Positions 56,901-64,000 of a stretch of 64,000 bases of DNA are shown here, in pieces (position 1 is the stretch's first letter; every line of letters begins with the position of its first letter). This stretch comes from Thalia democratica (taxonomy: Eukaryota): NCBI GenBank assembly GCA_965202585.1, contig OZ241830.1:32984001-33048000 (forward strand), written 5' to 3'. The notes beneath the pieces were generated by a model. That model saw only the letters and a list, made by a program, of their open reading frames with translations, ran no database searches and was not told the DNA's origin. Position numbers and translations under genes: made by a program.

Positions 56901-59900
56901 TTTGATATAATGTAGATAAAGCTAACATAACTTTTATTGAAAACCAATGATCAAAGCTGCTTTGTATTTAAATTCAAGTTTTTAGTTTTAAGCTTTTTTT
57001 TAAAAGTTCTGTTAGCTATTTCCTTATACTACTAAATAAAATCGAAACAATTTAGCTTAGATTGTTTTCTATAGAATTTTTAAAAGTTTAAAAGTAGAAA
57101 AAGATATAGCAACAGTGGTGAAACAACAACTTTCATCAACAGAGGTGAAATTGTTATTCCAATCGCTAACGACCCGAGTGGTGACGTCATGTTTTTCAAC
57201 GTTAAACTCATTGAAGCGCAAAATGGCGCGAAAATTGGACCAATGAAAAACACGCAAGTTATGATCGATCACGTTGAAGGTTTGTTTACTTTAACTACAC
57301 TTAAACATCATTTCGAAAAAAAAATCTGTAAATCATTTTCAAATTATTTTTGATAGAAAGAAAAAGTTCTAACATAAAACAAAAACTTGTTTTTTATAAA
57401 ATTTTGATATAGTTGTTTTAAAACACAAAATTTGTAAAATAATCTTTAGAAAAAAATTGATGTCTTTAATAGATATACCGACCTTTAAATTTTTTTTTTA
57501 ATAATTCATTATCATAATTTGTATAAAATTTTACAATGTGTTGTTAAAAGCTTAAAGATAATAATATGTTACTTAAAACTCTAAACCGAAAATAAAACAT
57601 AATCATAATTTCAGAAAAGACCCAAGAAATTCTCGTACAACGACCTTGGAGCCCGGATGTGAACGTCGCTGGCGAGATATCATTCAGTGACGTCACAATG
57701 AAAGTGCAACAAAGCGAGGGAGAACTGGTTTGCAAGGTTTTGAGAAGTATTGAGAATGAGGCGAAGGGAAGAGTTGTGGTTCCTTGGAGCATCCAAGGAG
57801 GCGGTCCTTTGTACGAGGTTTGTAAAGTTTCATATTTTTTTTGAAAATTGTACGAAAGTAATTGAAACTAAATTTTTCAAAATATAAAACAAAACTTTTA
57901 AAATAGTTAAACAATGTTTTCTTGTGGTCTATAGGATAAACTATACTGTTCAAAGACTAAAATTAAAAACTATCAGCTTTTTTTAAATTTTATAAAGTTT
58001 TATAGGGTAAAAACTTTGTATTAAATTTTTACAAAAAGTAGATTGGGTTGTTTTTAAACGACTAAGTTAACTTGATAGTAAACAAGTTTTTTTTAAAATT
58101 AATTCAAACAAAATGAACAAATGACAGAAACTTTTCGGACAAGAGACTTTCAAAGAAGGTGAAACGGAAAGCCATATAAAAATTGAGCTGACAGACGCGC
58201 CTCTCCAAGAAGAAGAAAACAACTTCACGTATGTTTTGCTTACAAGCTGTTACAAGTTTTAACTACTTTAAATAAAATGCTACAACTTTATAATAAGTTA
58301 TGTTTAAAGCATATATTACAACTCGTTGTGTTTATATATACTAAGTAGCAATTTGTTAGCCACACATAATTTATTGATTAAAACTAAATTCAACAGCAAT
58401 TACTTTTAGCTTGAGGTTATTATTAATCAGTTGTTTTAAAATATAGGTACTGTCTTTAAAATAAAAAATAAGTTTTATTGCTTAAACAAACAGCATTGTG
58501 CTCGGCAAGCCAACCGGAGGATTTGCACTTGACGAAGATGCAAGCGAGTGCAAGGTGACGGTTGTGAATGACGCCAGGAAGGGAGAAATAAGCTTCGATA
58601 AAGATCAGATCACCGTGGATCAGTCGAGTGAAAAGATCGTCATTCCAGTACACCGAACTATCAATAATAAAAGTAAGTGTATATAAACACATTGGAAAGA
58701 GTAATTGTATCTAACTAATTAAACTTTAATTTTTTTTTGTAAGACATATTTTAAGGTACCCTTTAAATTAGAGTATCTAATAAAATAATGATTAACAAAA
58801 GTTAGTATCTAAAGTGAAATATATTTTATTCAAAAGTATTACAAACATTTAAAACCAAAGTTGTAGTGATTTCGTTATTAATATGAAAGTAGCTTAACTT
58901 GTTTGTTAAAAGTTTTAACCACATATACAAAAAATTATAAATTAAAGTTTACAAAAACTATATTTTTTACAGAGAAAGTTCGCGTTCAATGGAAAACAAA
59001 ATCTGTTGACGGTAAAGAAAACGGTTTCGACAACTTGTCTGGAATTGAGACGTTTTCAAGTGGCGAGGAACTTTCTCACATCGAGATCAAGATCGATCAG
59101 AAGCCGCTGGATAGTTCACAGGACACATTCGTCGTTGAGCTGATCGAACCAAAGAACATTTTTGCCACTTTGGGAGAAATTCCAACGTGCAATATTACGA
59201 TAAACAACGATATTGGTTAGTACTTAAAAAGCTTACAGGTATTTTTTTGTTTTAAATATGTAATTTAAAACCCTTATATAAATTTAATGTTACTAAGAAG
59301 ATATCAACAAAAAAAAAACATTAAATTAAAAGCTTTTTTAAAATCAACAAAACTTAAAAAAGTTGGGAAAAAGTTTTTTTTATTTTGAATTATTTCTTAA
59401 AATTTATAAACTCATAATGCAATTAGTTTAAAATAGTATAGATAAAATGTATCAAATCTCTAAAAAAGTTATAAAATATTCGAGAAATAAGCTTCATGTT
59501 AAAACAGTTGCTTATATTTTAGCACAAGCGGTGATAGACTTGAGTGAAACGAGCAAGCAAGTTAAACAGAGCGACGGCAAATTGCAGCTGAAACTATTGA
59601 GAACAAAACAACCGCTAGGTAGCGTGCAAGTGCCATGGAAAATTGAACCTGATAAAAACGATTCAGTTTACTATGATATAACAGGTCTATATGCTTGTTA
59701 TTTAGTACTACATGTAGTAATTGTTGAATTTAATATAACTCTAAAAGCTTTAACTTTTTTATTGAAAAAAAAAATTGTTATCGAGTTTATCAAAAAAATT
59801 AACAGTTTAAGAAGAATATTTTTACTAATTTTAACTTTTTGTTAAAACCGTTTAATTATTTTAAACATTTGATAGCTGCTATATCTAACTCAGAAAATAA

Positions 59901-62900
59901 TCGCATAAAGCCAAAAAAAAAAATAAAGTACTCTTTTTAATAACTACTTCGGAGCAAAATGTTTAAATAAAGTTCGAAAATAATGAAACTTAACTGTGAC
60001 GTCATAGGAGACGTGTTGTTACGCGACGATCAGATGGAGCAGGACATCGACATTCTCCTCCCAGAACTTCCACTGTCCAACAGTGAGGAGAAGGTGAAAG
60101 TGGTGTTGGGACACCCCATCAAATCTGCAGCCGTCCTCGGACCTAACCAGAGCTGTGACGTAACAATTCAACACGATCTTGGTAAGAATTAATATGTTTT
60201 TCTATTCATTAAAATCTAAACGTAGTAATTTTATTAAATGATATATGAAAATTATTTGATTACTAATGAATACCGATTAAGACATCGCAGAATTTTATCA
60301 GTTGAAGAAAATATGATTGAAAATAAGTACCTGAAAATACTTTAAACGATTAGTTTTAAACACTATAACAGCTTTATACTTAATAAATAAGTACTTAATT
60401 AAACTATCAGGACAAGGAATAGTCCAGATGGCGGCGGATGAAGTGACTTGTTCAAGCGAAGATGGAGAAGCTGTAGTGATTGTTAAGCGGGAAGTCGGAA
60501 GCGCTTTTCCCGCCGAAATTGATTGGATCGCCGAAGACGAATCAGCTGTTTTCAAAAATCATTACGAAATCAATGAAGGTGAATCTATAACTGTGTTAAA
60601 ATCTAAAAACTTCATCTCAAAAGTTGTAGTGATTAATCTATTTTAAGCAGTAGTGTTTAGATATTTCTTGCTTTTTAGCACTTAAATTTTATTTTAAGCT
60701 ATCTCTAGCTACTTTAGACAAAAACATTTGTAAGCAATATACTATATGGTACTTTATTGTGAATAAATATACACAAAAGTAATGTTTTTATACAGGTACC
60801 ATCAAGTTAAAGTCTGGAGAGTTGCAAAAAGCAATAAGAATTCCAGTTTTCAACGACCCAAGTGGTGAAACGTTTACTTTCAACGTCAATTTGCTTGAAA
60901 TCAGGGGCCGTGACGAACTCGGATTCAAAATCAACACTCAAGTTTCAATTGAAAACACTCCAAGTAAATACACAGTATTTTCTATAGTTTGATAACATTT
61001 GAGTTTGAGCTGAATTAACACAAAGTATTTTTTTAATCCACATAAAATTTTAAATCAAATTAAGCTTTATTTGTTGTAAATTGATGCGATACAAACCAAT
61101 TAAGAAGATTTATTTAAGTAAAACTATGCTTTAAACATACCTGTTTTAACCTAGAATGTATAAAAAACACAAAGTAAAAATCATTTTTACATTCATCTAA
61201 AACAGTAGCTAATTTTTAACTTAAAGTTTACAATAGTTTAAACCAGTGGTCGTCAAGGTGTACACTGGTGCACATTAGTGTACACAAAACTTTTTTTGGG
61301 TTGCACGAAATTTTTAGGTACACGAAACTCATTAAAGGGGGCACGAAATTTTGATATTACAAAAAAAAATACATAGAGTTAGGTTAAGTATGTAGTTAAT
61401 GTTTAATAAAGTATTTAAAGAATACTAAACTTGGGATTTTGTAGTAATTGCGGAGAAGTGTTTAATTAATAAGTATTTAGGATAAAGCCATATAACTAAA
61501 ACATCATTGTGAAAATAAGGTAAAACAAATAAAGAGGTCAATTAAAAAGAGTATCAAATAAAAAAGTTCAGCTTCAGTTCTTAAATGGTTTGCATGTAAA
61601 TACAAACTGAGTTATGACTTTTAAGGAGAAATGCACTAGTAAAAAATTTACGTAGTCCCGCCACTAGCGGTGCTTATTGAAATTAGATCTTGTTGTGCAC
61701 CAATTGTTATTTTTTACAGCTTTGCGTACACAGAATTTGATTAGCTTGACGACCACTGGTTTAAACTGTTCTAAATTATTTGACTTGCAAATTATTAACC
61801 TTAAAACTTTTCAGTGCTCCCCGGACCGGTGTTGGACTTCAAAGCGGGTCTGAACACTCCACAGACCATAGGAGCTTCGTGGTCTGCTCCCGAAGCAGGC
61901 GGTCCCGTGTCAGGATACCGGGTTTCATACTGGGACAAACCTGAAAACATCAAACAAGTCGAAGTCGCCAACGACGTGAGTAGTAGTAGTTGGCATTTTT
62001 GTTGAATTTATTACTTTTGTTAAGTTCTTATTTATAAATAGTAAGATATAAACTTAATTCGCAAAAAATAAGTCTTAAATAACTACGAAAAAAATTGTTA
62101 AAAAAACATGTTTAATCTAACAGATCAATGAAATAGAAATAGAAGACGTGAAGGCAAACACACATTACCAAATCAATGTCAGACCTTTTAACTCAGTTGG
62201 TAATGGACCAATTTCAGAAACACTAACAGTTGATACTCCACCAGGTATAAAGCAAAAGATGTATAAACTCAAGAATCTATTACTATTAAAATATGAACTA
62301 AGTTTTCATTATAAACTTCTTTTTTAACCAAACTACTATTAATATTAATAATATTAATAAACTACTAATTCTAAAATAATATTTAATACTCTTATAAAAA
62401 TAAACTTTTATGTGTACTAAACTTTAATTTTAATGATAGTGCACGGAGTGATATCGGTGGCTGAGGACAAGATCGAGTTGAAGCAGACAGACGGTAAACT
62501 GAAGTTAAAAATACTGAGGGAAGGTGAAAATAGGGGTAGGGTTGTTGTGCCTTGGATGGTTAAAACAACATTGCCGAAATCTGCTTACAAAGTTAGTGAT
62601 ACATGCAATTGATAACTAAAATTATAATTTACTATAATATTGTTTTGTTCTTTAACTGTTATGTTTTTAATAAGTTATAAATATAAAACAAACGTCTAAA
62701 AAAATTTCAAGAAAAAAAAAAGGATTTAAAAAAAAAATGATAACAAAATATTTTTTTTACTAGAATTCATTAAATATTTGAAGTATGACTTTTTTTCGCA
62801 GAACTTTAGCGGTCATGAAACTTTCAAGGACGGCGAAAAAGAGAGCACAATTAAGTTTGATTTACCCAGCAATCCTCAAAATAACGAAAAAGAAGACTTC

Positions 62901-63888
62901 AGGTAAAATCTGAATAAAGAGTTAATGTATGTTTAAACAACTAATCAACTTTGCGTCTTGCATCAAAATCATAACTAGTTGTTTTTTAGCTATAACTCAA
63001 GCTCCCTAATGATATCTGTTTTAGTAATGTAAAATAAGTTTCTTAAATAAATCTTTAAACATCAATTCAGCATCATACTGGGTCAACCCACCGGCGGCTC
63101 GGTCCTCTCAGAAAAGGCCGAGTGTCACGTCATAGTCACGCACGACATCCAGCCCGGAAAAATACAATTCCACAAACCCTCGTACGAGTTCAACCAGACA
63201 GATGTGGAGGTCGTTGTGAAGGTGGTGAGGTCGGTGAACTGCAGCGGAAAGGTCAGGGTTCCGTGGAGGGCCATTGTTGAGGACGATCAGTTTTCTCCCT
63301 ACATGGAAATCGGGGGTCACGAGACCTTCAAGAGCGGCGAGGAAGAATCTCACATCAAAATCAAGATTCCACAGGTGAGGATCGTTTAACCTTCTAAAAT
63401 ATATTTATTACAAGTTTTTCTACAACTAAAACAAGCTTTACCTTTAAAGAAATAAATGAATATAGTTAAAACTTTATTGCATTCGCTTGATTATAAAGAT
63501 TTTCAGTATTCATTTTTTAATGCTGTTTTTGATTACTTTAGTAAACCTTAAGGTTTAGCAGTTCTGTGAGTAAAAGTAAAAACAGCACAAAATACTTTTA
63601 AAATTTTACAGGATCCGCGCCCTGTCCTCAAGGACAATTTTAAGATCATCTTGATGAAGCCAAAACCTGATAGCAGCATCATTGACGCAGATTGCAGTTG
63701 TGACGTCACAGTTGTGAACGACATAACACCGGCAGTCATTGAAATGCTGGAGGAGGATGTTAAGGTGAAGCAGTCGGATGGAGAACTGTCATTACACGTG
63801 CTCAGGAGCGAGGAACTGAAGGGAAGGATCGTGGTTCCGTGGAAGATCTTGCCGGAAAGCGACGACTCCGTTTACATGAACGTCACAG
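23834..63888 (+). CDS. ITGB4: Giant integrin beta-4-like subunit, 3-prime incomplete: signal peptide, PSI, hybrid, beta-I, 4 I-EGF, beta-tail, TM, then at least 24 cytoplasmic Calx-beta domains and 1 FN3
   Basis: 68 GT-AG exons in continuous phase (11,317 nt): 23834-23927, 25822-26000, 27375-27512, 29334-29481, 29727-29835, 30134-30293, 30462-30625, 31050-31167, 32173-32275, 32518-32657, 32847-33008, 33304-33442, 34005-34146, 34557-34767, 35273-35405, 35743-35868, 36403-36591, 36799-36921, 37203-37287, 37521-37721, 37970-38124, 38341-38534, 39213-39402, 39756-39877, 40153-40327, 41406-41564, 42250-42435, 42819-42977, 43900-44082, 45835-45926, 46323-46526, 46824-47013, 47244-47437, 47739-47883, 48270-48436, 48783-48987, 49264-49587, 49878-50042, 50293-50460, 50520-50561, 50792-51088, 51337-51507, 51723-51863, 52035-52235, 52799-53002, 53302-53436, 53726-53844, 54199-54332, 54578-54786, 55064-55279, 55575-55756, 56095-56266, 56523-56724, 57143-57279, 57615-57817, 58128-58228, 58494-58672, 58973-59215, 59523-59684, 60008-60181, 60411-60578, 60796-60963, 61815-61975, 62124-62244, 62440-62591, 62802-62902, 63071-63374, 63612-63888. 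The symbol means beta-4-like. Confidence 0.93.
29334..32275 (+). CDS. ITGB4: Integrin beta-I (vWA-like) domain exons
   Basis: [19 protein letters not shown] (MIDAS DxSxS plus ADMIDAS DD), [43 protein letters not shown] and [10 protein letters not shown]. Confidence 0.97.
33304..35868 (+). CDS. ITGB4: Integrin I-EGF1-4 and beta-tail exons
   Basis: [54 protein letters not shown] and DDCAFYY. Confidence 0.95.
36403..36591 (+). CDS. ITGB4: Integrin transmembrane and juxtamembrane exon
   Basis: [40 protein letters not shown]. This is the only long hydrophobic helix after the signal peptide. Confidence 0.95.
36799..60963 (+). CDS. ITGB4: Cytoplasmic Calx-beta domains 1-21
   Basis: Repeated motif series: GxixF..y.v.e..G...i.v.R..g..G...v.W.t....A..g.dy....GtlxF.dGe....i.i.....f.v.L..p.gg..lg...v.i.nD. 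Domain boundaries mostly coincide with phase-1 introns. Confidence 0.9.
40757..40851 (+). CDS. Candidate alternative terminal exon after Calx-beta 3 ((V)[30 protein letters not shown])
   Basis: TTATAG acceptor in a phase matching the donor at 40327, 31 open codons, GC-richer than the surrounding intron, and ATTAAA downstream. Confidence 0.4.
53045..53097 (+). repeat. Intronic tandem duplicate of the 3-prime end and donor of the exon ending at 53002
   Basis: ATGACCGGTACTGTTGTGTTCAATGATGGTGAAAGTTTGTATA|GTGATTGTT versus ATGAACGGCACCGTTGTGTTCCAAGATGGGGAAAGTGTTAAAG|GTGATTGTT located 85 nt upstream. Confidence 0.8.
61244..61758. mobile_element. hAT-family MITE, 515 bp, in the integrin intron just upstream of the FN3 exon
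   Basis: 14-bp TIRs CAGTGGTCGTCAAG / CTTGACGACCACTG, a perfect 8-bp TSD GTTTAAAC (61236-61243 and 61759-61766), and subterminal GCACGAAA and TGTACAC repeats. Confidence 0.93.
61815..62244 (+). CDS. ITGB4: Cytoplasmic fibronectin type III domain (2 exons)
   Basis: PGPVLDF...SWSAP...[11 protein letters not shown]...[33 protein letters not shown]. Confidence 0.93.
62440..63888 (+). CDS. ITGB4: Calx-beta domains 22, 23 and the first half of 24; the gene continues beyond the window
   Basis: Same motif series as domains 1-21. The last exon ends at a phase-1 donor (ACAG|GTAATG) with no stop codon. Confidence 0.9.
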
Positions 63889-64000
63889 GTAATGAAAACT
63901 TATTTATAATAAACACTTAAAAAAGTTTGAGCAACTAGCTGTTGTTAATCATCAATATTTTGATTTGCTTAATATACATGTCTGTGATTATGTTTTTACA

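Noticed and set aside
34521-63353. Numerous antisense or alternate-frame ORFs over integrin exons (e.g. 34521-34727, 34575-34763, 36359-36619, 43838-44065, 47227-47433, 49348-49569, 63108-63353)
   Set aside because: They are by-products of GC-rich, stop-poor exons and end in intronic junk.
36799-63888. A separate Na/Ca exchanger, ADGRV1 or FRAS1/FREM gene downstream of a normal integrin
   Set aside because: The integrin TM exon has no stop and splices in phase into the first Calx exon. I found no second signal peptide, exchanger TM helices or CSPG/EAR/GAIN domains.

Overview
AT-rich, intron-dense animal genomic DNA, probably an invertebrate chordate such as a tunicate (inferred from gene content, not proven). 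I assembled all gene models by hand from GT-AG boundaries and reading phase. (1) Minus strand 6084-12266: an intact 11-exon membrane dipeptidase (M19, DPEP-like) gene, 412 aa. (2) Plus strand from 23834 past the window end: an integrin beta subunit with clear beta-4 signatures. It has 68 in-phase coding exons (11,317 nt, at least 3,772 aa). The cytoplasmic tail is about 2,990 aa so far, with at least 24 Calx-beta domains (the 24th partial) and one FN3, arranged in two kinds of super-repeat. Vertebrate beta-4 has a single Calx-beta. (3) 13841-16335: a ~293-bp tandem array whose unit is a dead sushi/CCP exon plus its intron. It has an X-Y-Y higher-order pattern, shared disabling lesions and a flanking 12-bp direct repeat. 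(4) 3156-4381: a two-exon, secreted, Cys-rich small-protein gene with one in-frame TAA. (5) Two clean MITEs, one Tc1/pogo-type and one hAT-type. I found no rRNA, tRNA or CRISPR features.
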